Below, piece after piece: positions 14,802 to 23,351 of a DNA stretch of 32,000 bases. Within the stretch, counting starts at the first letter, position 1; each line of letters begins with the position of its first letter. The DNA is taken from positions 2,610,001 through 2,642,000 of the forward strand of contig NC_007969.1 of NCBI RefSeq assembly GCF_000013905.1, given 5' to 3'. A model generated the notes under the pieces. It searched no databases. It was not told the DNA's origin and saw nothing but the letters and a program-made list of their open reading frames with translations. The DNA comes from Psychrobacter cryohalolentis K5. GTDB lineage: Bacteria > Pseudomonadota > Gammaproteobacteria > Pseudomonadales > Moraxellaceae. A program made the translations under genes and the position numbers.

Positions 14802-15338
14802 TTATTTTTTGGAAATATTGATTGAGGTTTTGGCAGGAGTATTGCTGAAAGCATTATTGGGCGCTTTAGTAGAATTTTCAGTACTAAGCACTGCCGTACC
14901 GTAAGCGATCGCTTCGACCATACTACCCAATTGATTGATATTACTGACTTCAAGACGCAAACCATAAATATGATTGTAGCCTTTTGCCTGTGCTTGGGTG
15001 CGCATACGTACTAGAGCTTCACGGCGGGCACGATCAAGCAAGGTCTCATAGGTGGTGAGATTTTTACCAAAGAAACTCAGCACTTTGGCAATTACCATTT
15101 TAAAATAATCTTGCGCAATAACGACGCTACCAAGCACCAACTCACCCTCAGACTGCGAGACCAGTTTTGATACATAAAAACGCTCACTTGAGACAATAAT
15201 ATGGCTCAACTCAGCTTCGGCAATCGTCAATCTTGCCAAATGCTGACGCTCATGACGCGCACCAAAAAACCAGCCAACTATAAATAAGACCAGCAGCGGC
15301 GCATAGTTCATCAACATTTGGCTGAACGATTGATTCAT
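14802..15338 (-). CDS. YbjQ/UPF0145-like protein with N-terminal transmembrane anchor
   Basis: 178-aa ORF with an N-terminal TM (LLVLFIVGWFFGA). The core aligns with the upstream paralogue (FGKNLTTYETLLDRARREALVRMRTQAQAKGYNHIYGLRLEVS...AYGTAV). Confidence 0.7.
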   Translation of the reverse strand: MNQSFSQMLMNYAPLLVLFIVGWFFGARHERQHLARLTIAEAELSHIIVSSERFYVSKLVSQSEGELVLGSVVIAQDYFKMVIAKVLSFFGKNLTTYETLLDRARREALVRMRTQAQAKGYNHIYGLRLEVSNINQLGSMVEAIAYGTAVLSTENSTKAPNNAFSNTPAKTSINISKK

Positions 15339-15389
15339 GGAACGTCTCTTATCATCAAAAAGGCTACCAGTCAGTACTTGAGCGTAGTC

Positions 15390-15866
15390 TTATTCACCAA
15401 AAGGATTAAAGCGTGGTAAATCATCAGGTGACTTTACTGTTGAAGGCTGAGCAACTGACGCCACAGGCTCTTCATATTGAGAATGATGATTTGATGACTG
15501 ATTCGGCGGTTGATTCGTTGATTGATAGACAGGCTGTTGTGGCATCCGTACGGCTTTGACCGCTGTACCATAAACAAATAGCTCAGAGGCACCTTGTGCA
15601 ATACTAGAGGTCGAGAAACGCAGTCCAACCACTGCATCAGCGCCCAACGCCTCAGCTTTGACGATCATACGATCAATCGCCTCTTGACGCGATTCTTCTA
15701 ACAGCTCCGTATAGGCGGTGAGTTCACCGCCTACGATGTTTTTTAGACCCGCAAATAAATCTTTACCAACATGCTTTGAGCGCACGGTACTGCCGTATAC
15801 CACATCCAAGCGCTCAGTAATCTGATAGTTGGGCAAGTGCTCAAGATTGGAGAGTTGGACAGTCAT
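15390..15866 (-). CDS. YbjQ family protein (UPF0145 / DUF74) with Q/P/N-rich C-terminal tail
   Basis: 158-aa ORF. VYGSTVRSKHVGKDLFAGLKNIVGGELTAYTELLEESRQEAIDRMIVKAEALGADAVVGLRF...VYGTAV matches the YbjQ family as I remember it. Confidence 0.85.
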   Translation of the reverse strand: MTVQLSNLEHLPNYQITERLDVVYGSTVRSKHVGKDLFAGLKNIVGGELTAYTELLEESRQEAIDRMIVKAEALGADAVVGLRFSTSSIAQGASELFVYGTAVKAVRMPQQPVYQSTNQPPNQSSNHHSQYEEPVASVAQPSTVKSPDDLPRFNPFGE

Positions 15867-16006
15867 AGTACAGCCTTATTGGTAATCTACAGAATTAATG
15901 ACTTACAGAATCATAAAAAACATATCGCCCGTTCAAGATAAAAGCACGATATTTTAAAACGCATTAAAAAGCACATTGCTCAAATAATTTATATTGAGCA
16001 AACTCT

Positions 16007-16564
16007 TTAGTCGTTAGTATGGAACAACAAAAACAGCTCAGTTAAGTTGCCTTCGATGCTGTTTACCATTTGTACCATTTTATCTTGGTCTTTACGCATC
16101 TCAGCAAGCTCAGGGTCTTCATCATCGATACCACTCAGCACAATCATCGGCAAGGTCAAAACAGCCACATCTTCTGCAGTCTCTTCGTTTTCCATCCAAT
16201 CACTGGCTTCATCACCATACATTGCATCCACAAAGCCAATCGACCAAGCAACGATATCTGAATCATCAGAAAAATCGACCGCCACTTCTTCATTGCCCGC
16301 ATCTTCACCAAACGGTAGCTCAATAGGAGTCTCGTTTTTTAGCTCAGCGATGATAGAGTCGCGCCAGCGCTGAATACCATCAATCACGTTTGCTGGAATC
16401 TCGCTCACATTATCTTCGAACAGTGCTTCTAACCAATTAGGCAGTGGACGCCCAATAACCGTCGCAGTCAAAAAACCATGAGTAGCAACACTATCAAGTA
16501 CAAATGCGCTTTCTTCGTTGTCTAAATAATCGAGTAGTTCATCGAAACTAAGTTGGTTGGTCAT
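16007..16564 (-). CDS. UPF0149 (YgfB/YecA N-terminal-like) family protein
   Basis: 185-aa acidic ORF. The block L..VATHGFLTATVIGRPLP..W and the overall size resemble UPF0149/YgfB. AAGGA RBS upstream. Confidence 0.65.
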   Translation of the reverse strand: MTNQLSFDELLDYLDNEESAFVLDSVATHGFLTATVIGRPLPNWLEALFEDNVSEIPANVIDGIQRWRDSIIAELKNETPIELPFGEDAGNEEVAVDFSDDSDIVAWSIGFVDAMYGDEASDWMENEETAEDVAVLTLPMIVLSGIDDEDPELAEMRKDQDKMVQMVNSIEGNLTELFLLFHTND

Positions 16565-16901
16565 GGTGTCGTTGTCCTTGAAAGATGGATTGCGTCATGC
16601 GCAATAAATAAGGGTTATATAAAATAACGAGAGGTATAAAGATGACGATTATCTTGAATAAGTCAATCTACCCAAAGATTTTTTAAATCAATCATTGCTA
16701 AAGCACAGCTGTGAGAAATAGCTGGTTAAATAGGTGCTGTTCACTATTGATACTATTAAAATCAGAACCCAACCAGCTTAGCACAGCACACTTAGGATAA
16801 TTAGTTAACGATGGTTAGCTAATAGCCATAATAGTGCAAATCAATACTTAAAAATTATTCGCAAAATATTTGCGTGATAACCTCATTATAGCGATGACGA
16901 A

Positions 16902-17138
16902 TTAAAGTTCGTCATCATCCCAATCATCGCCATCTTCATCAAAATTATCGATATCGTCTAGATCATCTTTTAGCTCTTTCGCCAAACGTTTTTCTTCTAG
17001 TAGATTATCAATTAGACGACGCTTCTCAAGGCTACTTAAGCGTGTACGTACACTCGTCTCTGCTTCTTCAACCATCTTTGCATCATCATCATCAACGAAA
17101 TCATCATCAAAATCGTCATCAATATCAGCATCACTCAT
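16902..17138 (-). CDS. small hyper-acidic protein (possibly PA3496-like family)
   Basis: The track ORF starts at a TTG (17144). TAGGAG lies 6 nt before the ATG at 17138, which I prefer (78 aa). D/E-rich termini flank a basic helix, LEKRRLIDNLLEEKRLAKEL. Confidence 0.6.
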   Translation of the reverse strand: MSDADIDDDFDDDFVDDDDAKMVEEAETSVRTRLSSLEKRRLIDNLLEEKRLAKELKDDLDDIDNFDEDGDDWDDDEL

Positions 17139-17331
17139 GACCAACTCCTATCTTTTTTGGCAAAATTACTGAAAAGTTATCAATATATATATGCCTTATA
17201 AAGTCTCTATTAAGCCTTGTCAATGCTTTTTATTACTATGACGCATTTACAAGTCAACAACAAGACACTATTGGTCATTATCGCGCAGGCAATTGTAGAC
17301 AATTTCTGCAAGTTAAATAGAGTATCTAATC

Positions 17332-18834
17332 CTACTCTTCTGAGTCATCGATCATCAATACCGCATTACGCACATCGGCTAAACGCTGAATCATCGCATC
17401 ATTGCCACCATCGAATATTGCACACTCACGCTCATAAACCGTCGTTGGACGCATGACGCTTTGTACTTGTACGTGATGACTGATTTGTTTAAGACCACCA
17501 TTCGGCAATAAAATCAGCATCTGCTCTTTTTTGCCGACGCTATCTAGCAGATGCGTCATGGCATCGACTTGGGCATTGTCACTCACACCAGCTTTGGCTG
17601 GCAGCGCAAATCGTGACAGCTCAATATGCTTATCATGAATAATTTTATTCAGCATCAAGTATAGCTTGGCTAGCATCACGCCTGCCAATGCAACTTTTGC
17701 ATGGCTATTCTCTGCTTTAAGCATCACATAAGCACCACTTTCATCAAATTGTGGTTCATTGAGTGCGCTCACGCCCAACAACAATGGCTGTTTCAGTAAT
17801 TCAGTCACCGCTTGGTTTAGTAGCTGCGTACAGAGTGCCAAATACGGCAGACGTTGAGACGGTGCCAAGCGCTCAAGCATATTAAACTCATCATGAAAGA
17901 CAATCTGGACACTGACACTATCAAATGCTCTGGTAGCAGACAATCGAGAGACATGATTGTTAGCATGCTGGCTACTGTCTTCAGCTTTATAAGCCGTATG
18001 ATCATTGACATCACTGTCTATCATATTACTGGCAGTATCCGCAGTTGTACCGTTAGTATTATCATCGAGCGTCGAATCTTGATTCTGCTGGGTTCTGACA
18101 TACTGATTGACAGCACTATGAATATCTAATTTACGCGTATTAGGTTGCTGGTTATACGCTGTACTGGCAGCTGCTTGAGCAGCATTGACTAAACGATCAC
18201 TTTGGCTAGTACCTGTCTCACCATTATCACCATCAGCAGCAGACACTGATTGACGACGTTCTCGCTCACGAGCATAACCACGCTGGTCGAGCTGCGTATA
18301 TTGCTCGCGATGCAAGTCTTGAACATCGCGGCTGATGGCATTGATTTGCTCTCTGGTTGGACGAGCGATATAGCTGTAAATCAGCCACAGCAATAAATGC
18401 AGCACCATCGAACCAATCACAAATGGCCATTGCATGGCGATGATTTCACCCTTGCTAATATCCTTTAGAGTCAATGCCACACTACCGATGACTGCATCGC
18501 CTTTGGTTGCAATTTGGCTAATGGTATCACCCTGCTGCATCGGCGCATTGCCGACAGGCACCAAGATATCGCCATTATTGTCTTTAATCAGGATGCGAGT
18601 CACGTCTTGTTCGCTGGTATAGCGATTGGCAATAACGCTTAAGCTGACGCGGTCTTTATTTTCTAAAGACAGGCGCGCTTCATCAATGAGCTGAGCAACC
18701 ATTTGCTCGCCTTTTTGCGCACGACTGTTGCTCAGCTGTTGATCGGTACTGATGACCAATAATAGGGTTTGCAAACAAAAACTAACCAGAAGAATGATGG
18801 CAAACAACCCTTGCCGCGGCGCTAAATAGGTCAT
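17332..18834 (-). CDS. membrane-anchored protein, N-terminal region AhpA/YtjB(Smp)-like, long disordered linker and unknown C-terminal domain
   Basis: 500-aa ORF with an N-terminal TM and a second TM near aa 135-155. It is divergent from serB, as smp/ytjB is in E. coli. The family call rests on synteny and topology only. Confidence 0.5.
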   Translation of the reverse strand: MTYLAPRQGLFAIILLVSFCLQTLLLVISTDQQLSNSRAQKGEQMVAQLIDEARLSLENKDRVSLSVIANRYTSEQDVTRILIKDNNGDILVPVGNAPMQQGDTISQIATKGDAVIGSVALTLKDISKGEIIAMQWPFVIGSMVLHLLLWLIYSYIARPTREQINAISRDVQDLHREQYTQLDQRGYARERERRQSVSAADGDNGETGTSQSDRLVNAAQAAASTAYNQQPNTRKLDIHSAVNQYVRTQQNQDSTLDDNTNGTTADTASNMIDSDVNDHTAYKAEDSSQHANNHVSRLSATRAFDSVSVQIVFHDEFNMLERLAPSQRLPYLALCTQLLNQAVTELLKQPLLLGVSALNEPQFDESGAYVMLKAENSHAKVALAGVMLAKLYLMLNKIIHDKHIELSRFALPAKAGVSDNAQVDAMTHLLDSVGKKEQMLILLPNGGLKQISHHVQVQSVMRPTTVYERECAIFDGGNDAMIQRLADVRNAVLMIDDSEE

Positions 18835-19285
18835 GATATGGGAAACTTTTTTGGATAAATGGAGTTAAAAAACGAGGCTATTGCTCATTCGCTCATTTTT
18901 GCAAGAGTATGCAGCTATATTTGTTCAATTCAATACCGCATTGTCTAAATAATCTTTTTTTATAAGACTGATTATTTAACGCTGCTATCGTACAGTAGTT
19001 ATGTTGTGCAATTATGTGTGGCGCAAGCATTTAAGCAGTATTTACGGCTCACTTACCCACTCATTGACATCTACTATATCACCATAGTAAGGGTTATGGC
19101 GTTAGCGAGTATCATAATTTTTTTGTAATGAGTCATTTCAATTTTACTGAGATTTTTTTGCAACAGTCGCCGTTTTATTTGCTGGTTTATTTGCTACTGA
19201 TACTTTGCGTCTCATCTATAGTCGCTGCTTACTAAAGCTGTTATTATTCCTAATCTTATATCAGCATACAAGGGACAATTGAGCG

Positions 19286-20488
19286 ATGCCAAACAATACC
19301 TCTTACTCGTTACCAAAAGACAGCAAAGCATGGCAACAGGCGGTTGATTCCGTGGCCTCGTTACTACCAGAGGGTACCAATTTACAGGATTTTGATGCAC
19401 TACAATCCTTGCCTATTTTTGCTTTGATTGTGGTATTGCCGACGCATGTATCTTCACTTGATATCCACCAGTATGTACAATCATGGGTTGATGAGCAGCC
19501 AAATTGGCATCTGGTCACGGTTGCAGAAGATGCTGATGCCAATTTTGTAGATGTTGAAATTGCTGATGTAGACACGGCGCAACCTTTTGCCAAACGTTCA
19601 TTTATCGATGTGCAAGTATTCCGTTATTTATTGGTGCCAGTGACTGATACCCTGATGCATCCTGCCAAAAAAACTGCCGCCGCACATATCATTGATGACC
19701 AATTGACCACGCGTTTGCGTCGCGACTTGACTGAAGCTTATAACAACGCTCAAAACGCCGTCGCAAGCGATCACTTAGATGTTGTAGATTGTCATATCTT
19801 ATCGGTCGGTCATATGCTGCGCACTCATAAGCTTGCCTGCTTTGATATGGACTCTACGTTAATTGAACAGGAAGTCATCGTTGAGCTGGCAAAAACGGCA
19901 GGTATTGGCGAGCAAGTAGAAGCCATCACTGAAGCCGCCATGCGGGGCGAGATGGATTTTGATGAATCTTTTGCGCAGCGCGTGGCGTTATTGCAAGGTA
20001 TTCCAACCAGCGTGCTTGATGAAATTTGCAGTCGCTTAACATTATCGACAGGTGCCTTGGCTACCATTAGCGCTCTAAAAGCTTTGGGCTATCATACGGT
20101 CCTTGTATCCGGTGGCTTTACGTACTTCGCTCGCTATATCGCCGAGCAATTGGGTATTGATGAAGTACACGCCAACTCATTGGATATCGAAGAAGGTGAA
20201 GTCACTGGTCATATACAGTTGCCTATCGTTAATGGTGCTAAAAAAGCGGCTATCGTCGCCCATACGGCTGAGCGCCTAGGTATTACGATGTCTCAAGTGG
20301 TTTGTGTCGGTGACGGCGCCAATGATTTACCGATGATGGCACTGGCCGATTTGGGCGTGGCTTTTAATGCCAAACCTATCGTACAAGCTCGCGCCGATGC
20401 CGCTGTGAATGTCACAGGGCTTGAAGGGGTGCTCTATGCGCTAGGCTATCCTGCATTTGTACGCAGCAGTGAACGCAGCAAAGTTTAG
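19286..20488 (+). CDS. serB: phosphoserine phosphatase
   Basis: 400-aa ORF with HAD motifs: DMDST (motif I), SGGF (motif II region) and GDGANDLPM (motif IV). It carries an N-terminal regulatory extension of about 185 aa, as in long SerB forms. Confidence 0.92.
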   Translation: MPNNTSYSLPKDSKAWQQAVDSVASLLPEGTNLQDFDALQSLPIFALIVVLPTHVSSLDIHQYVQSWVDEQPNWHLVTVAEDADANFVDVEIADVDTAQPFAKRSFIDVQVFRYLLVPVTDTLMHPAKKTAAAHIIDDQLTTRLRRDLTEAYNNAQNAVASDHLDVVDCHILSVGHMLRTHKLACFDMDSTLIEQEVIVELAKTAGIGEQVEAITEAAMRGEMDFDESFAQRVALLQGIPTSVLDEICSRLTLSTGALATISALKALGYHTVLVSGGFTYFARYIAEQLGIDEVHANSLDIEEGEVTGHIQLPIVNGAKKAAIVAHTAERLGITMSQVVCVGDGANDLPMMALADLGVAFNAKPIVQARADAAVNVTGLEGVLYALGYPAFVRSSERSKV

Positions 20489-20692
20489 CTAATTATAAAA
20501 GATATCGAACCAAAAGCTGGGCTGATACATTTCAATTGGTCCAGCTTTTATGGTTTATTCTCTGCTTTACAGTGTTTTTTGGCGCTACTATACTGCCATG
20601 CGCGATTGTCATTTCATATTGCCATGTTTATCTTTTTCAATAACTTTTATCTTATCCAGTAACTTTATCTTGTCCAATAAAAAGGATTGTCC

Positions 20693-21703
20693 ATGACGGC
20701 ATCACAATCACCACGGCCAGATGCCCAGTCATCTTCCACCCAGTTAGATAACCAACCTGCTGCTGACGAAAGCAGCCCGATTTATAAAAATAGCCCCAAG
20801 GAATTACTGGGTGTCTATGTGCGAGGGTTGGCAATGGGCGCGGCTGACATTGTACCGGGCGTCTCTGGTGGTACGATTGCACTGATTGCAGGTATTTATG
20901 AGCGCTTAATTAACGCTTTGAGCAGTGTGGGTCCCAATCTTTGGCAGGTCTTTCGCCAAGAGGGTGGTATCAAAGGTTTAATCGCAGTATGGCGACAAGT
21001 CGATGCCACTTTTTTATTGTTCCTGTTGATGGGTATTGCCACCAGCCTTGCAACGCTTGCCGGTGTTATTAAGCATTTATTAGACAATCAGCCTTTAATG
21101 ATTTGGTCTTTCTTTTTTGGTTTGGTCATTGCAACTGTTTTTCTGTTATTAAGTGAGATTAAGCGCTGGAATATCGGACGGGCGCTCTTGTTCCTGCTTG
21201 GAGTAGCCAGCGCCGTTATCATTAGCAGCTTGCCTCTGATGAATACGACGCCAAGTTTGCCGTATTTGTTTGTTGCCGGTGCTATCGCTATTTGCGCGAT
21301 GATATTACCAGGCATCTCAGGATCTTTTATTTTATTGTTGATGGGTGCTTATGACACGGTACTCGAAGCGGTTCATACTTTAAACTTTGCTATTATCTTT
21401 ACATTGGTGGCTGGTATGGCAACGGGATTATTGCTCTTTACCCGTATGCTTAAATGGTTATTGTCCCGTTATTATCAAGCTACTTTAGCGCTACTTATCG
21501 GCTTTATCGCAGGCTCGTTAGTCAAAGTCTGGCCTTGGAAAACAGATGCCCTAGGGACATTAAATAGTGAAGCCATCCATAACGTCATGCCATGGCATTA
21601 CCCTACCGGCGCAGAGTGGTTAACGACCTTGAGCTTGATGCTATTAGGTGCCATTCTAGTGACTGCCTTATCGCTTTGGGGTCGCCGTAGCCCTCGCCCT
21701 TAA
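20693..21703 (+). CDS. DUF368 family membrane protein
   Basis: Motifs GAADIVPGVSGGTIALI and a repeated ILPGISGSFILLLMG are the duplicated DUF368 signature. The track starts at TTG 20687, but the ATG at 20693 has AAAGGA upstream. Confidence 0.85.
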   Translation: MTASQSPRPDAQSSSTQLDNQPAADESSPIYKNSPKELLGVYVRGLAMGAADIVPGVSGGTIALIAGIYERLINALSSVGPNLWQVFRQEGGIKGLIAVWRQVDATFLLFLLMGIATSLATLAGVIKHLLDNQPLMIWSFFFGLVIATVFLLLSEIKRWNIGRALLFLLGVASAVIISSLPLMNTTPSLPYLFVAGAIAICAMILPGISGSFILLLMGAYDTVLEAVHTLNFAIIFTLVAGMATGLLLFTRMLKWLLSRYYQATLALLIGFIAGSLVKVWPWKTDALGTLNSEAIHNVMPWHYPTGAEWLTTLSLMLLGAILVTALSLWGRRSPRP

Positions 21704-21751
21704 TACCTGTCTACTCTTACTATAGTCGATTCAATTTAAAAAGAATACAGT

Positions 21752-21825
21752 ACTGCTGGGATAAATTTTGCGAAGCCTCTGGAGTGCAAAGCGCACAGCA
21801 AGCGAGAGAAATTTATCCCAGCATA
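21752..21825 (+). repeat. REP/MITE-like palindromic intergenic repeat, copy 3 of 4 (best preserved)
   Basis: Perfect 15-bp terminal inverted repeat tgctgggataaattt (21754..21768) / aaatttatcccagca (21809..21823) around the core gcgaagcctctggagtgcaaagcgcacagcaagcgagag. The outer flanks aagaatacagta / aatgctattctt are also partly inverted. Confidence 0.8.
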
Positions 21826-21883
21826 ATGCTATTCTTAACATAACTATTCTATATTGAAATCACTATATTAAATCTTACCATCA

Positions 21884-21913
21884 AAAAAAAGCGCCCATAT
21901 TAAGGCGTTTTTT
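21884..21913. terminator. weak bidirectional terminator-like hairpin
   Basis: A8 - gcgcc - catattaa - ggcg - T7. The GC stem is short and the flanks are symmetric A/T runs. Confidence 0.4.
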
Positions 21914-22075
21914 TGTTCTCTAAAACTGTAAGATTTACCATTTATTTTGCTAAATACTTTTAAAAAATCAAACGTCAGCTGTTGTCGCAAAGTCGCCTTC
22001 AGAGGCTTTAGCTTTCTGCTACAAACTTCCATAATAGCCTTGTTGGAATTCACCTTATGAAGAGCGAGATGAACA

Positions 22076-22465
22076 ATGTTATTAACAATATTTTCTACAT
22101 TTGGTAGCGAGGCGTTGAGTACAAGTGCCATATTGGGCTATGGTTTATTTTTAATCGCAGTTGTTGCTATTGCTGTGTCATCACAGCGCTGGTTGCTTTG
22201 GTATTTGTTTGGCGGCATGGGATACTGGTTAGCCGTAGAAATGATTCATAGTTTAGTGACACATTGGTTCTTATGGTCAGAATGGCACAATTATGTAATT
22301 GCTATGGGTATCAGTTGGCTGCCTTTAGGCGCATGGGTCTTATATCGAGCGTTACGTTATGAGGATGTCAGTCGCGGTATGATACAAGAGCGTGAGCTAC
22401 AAGCAGCGCGTTATATTGAGCATACACCCGTCTATGACGACGACTATCAGCCACGCTTTCATTAA
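22076..22465 (+). CDS. hypothetical small membrane protein
   Basis: 129-aa ORF with 3-4 hydrophobic segments and Trp-rich helices. The RBS is weak and I recognise no family. Confidence 0.5.
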   Translation: MLLTIFSTFGSEALSTSAILGYGLFLIAVVAIAVSSQRWLLWYLFGGMGYWLAVEMIHSLVTHWFLWSEWHNYVIAMGISWLPLGAWVLYRALRYEDVSRGMIQERELQAARYIEHTPVYDDDYQPRFH

Positions 22466-22635
22466 ACTCTGCGTTATCATATTGCTGTCATCGAATGTTA
22501 CAAGATACTTAAGGCTCTCTACGTAACTCCTAAAGAATTGACACCTAGCAATCGTTTATAATCTACTTATATATTTGTCACAAAAATTGTTATAAAGTAC
22601 GCATTATTTGCGTCTCATTTTTTAGGAGTTTGTCT

Positions 22636-23142
22636 ATGTTTACTGTACCGGTTTTAGATATTAAGTCTGATCCATTAGATGTTTTATTAGCTGTGATTGG
22701 TTATCGTTTGTCTATGCTAGCTGATAGCGATAATGAAGATGTTAAAAAAATACTTGCAGATCGCAAGGTTATCATTGAGCTTGCTAGCACTGAAGCAGAT
22801 GTGGCACGTTATTATAGCTTTGATAATGGTGAATTTAGCCAACATAGTGGTCATGCTAAAGAAGCTGACCTGACTATCAATTTTAAAGACTCTATGACAG
22901 GCGTTAAGCTTTTAACTAAAGGCAGCCTTCCTGCCTTTATGACTGCCGTACAAGAAGGCAATTTAAGCATCGAAGGCGATTACAGCCTAATGATGTGGTT
23001 CAATAAACTTGCTAAGCATATTGTGCCAGCCATTCCCGAAGAATGTAAACCTTATATCCAAAAAGCCAAGCCATATGCTTATAAAGCTCAAAAACTTGCC
23101 AACCATTGGGTCGGTGTTGCTAAGCACAAGTTGGGTAAATAA
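22636..23142 (+). CDS. SCP2 sterol-binding domain protein (YhbT/UbiT-like size)
   Basis: AGGAG RBS 7 nt before the ATG at 22636 (the track TTG at 22630 is less likely). The block DLTINFKDSMTGVKLLTKGSLPAFMTAVQEGNLSIEGDYSLMMWFNKL resembles SCP2. Confidence 0.65.
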   Translation: MFTVPVLDIKSDPLDVLLAVIGYRLSMLADSDNEDVKKILADRKVIIELASTEADVARYYSFDNGEFSQHSGHAKEADLTINFKDSMTGVKLLTKGSLPAFMTAVQEGNLSIEGDYSLMMWFNKLAKHIVPAIPEECKPYIQKAKPYAYKAQKLANHWVGVAKHKLGK

Positions 23143-23216
23143 TCGAATAATCAGAAGCGATAGATAGCTAGCTGTTACTGATAGCTGAATGACTGCTTCG
23201 CTCGTTTCTGATTTTC

Positions 23217-23254
23217 TAAAAAGGTTGCGCTATACTATAGCGCAACCTTTTTTA
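23217..23254 (+). terminator. rho-independent terminator after the SCP2 gene
   Basis: 14-bp perfect stem aaggttgcgctata / tatagcgcaacctt followed by T6. Confidence 0.85.
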
Positions 23255-23351
23255 TTGTAGATAGTACTACTAAAAAATTAAAACAGATGAGCGACATCCG
23301 ATGTTTATCTTCTATGACCATGCTTAATATCTTTATAAAAGGATTTATATT

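Noticed and set aside
16565-16901. Possible 6S RNA (ssrS) or zapA next to the UPF0149 (ygfB-like) gene, as in the E. coli neighbourhood.
   Set aside because: The 337-bp spacer shows some local pairings (agctggtt/aaccagct, gtgctgt/acagcac). There is no long closing stem plus central bubble, and no resemblance to the gammaproteobacterial 6S sequence I remember. A covariance-model scan (Rfam 6S) would be needed to revive this.
17217-17456. 79-aa plus-strand ORF overlapping the 3' end of the 500-aa membrane protein gene.
   Set aside because: It overlaps a longer ORF on the opposite strand. Its His/Ser-rich translation looks like noise, and there is no RBS.
21868-22131. 87-aa minus-strand ORF between the DUF368 gene and the small membrane protein gene.
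   Set aside because: Its 3' end runs into the terminator-like hairpin at 21884..21913, and it overlaps the start of the 22076 ORF. It has no RBS and no recognisable family.
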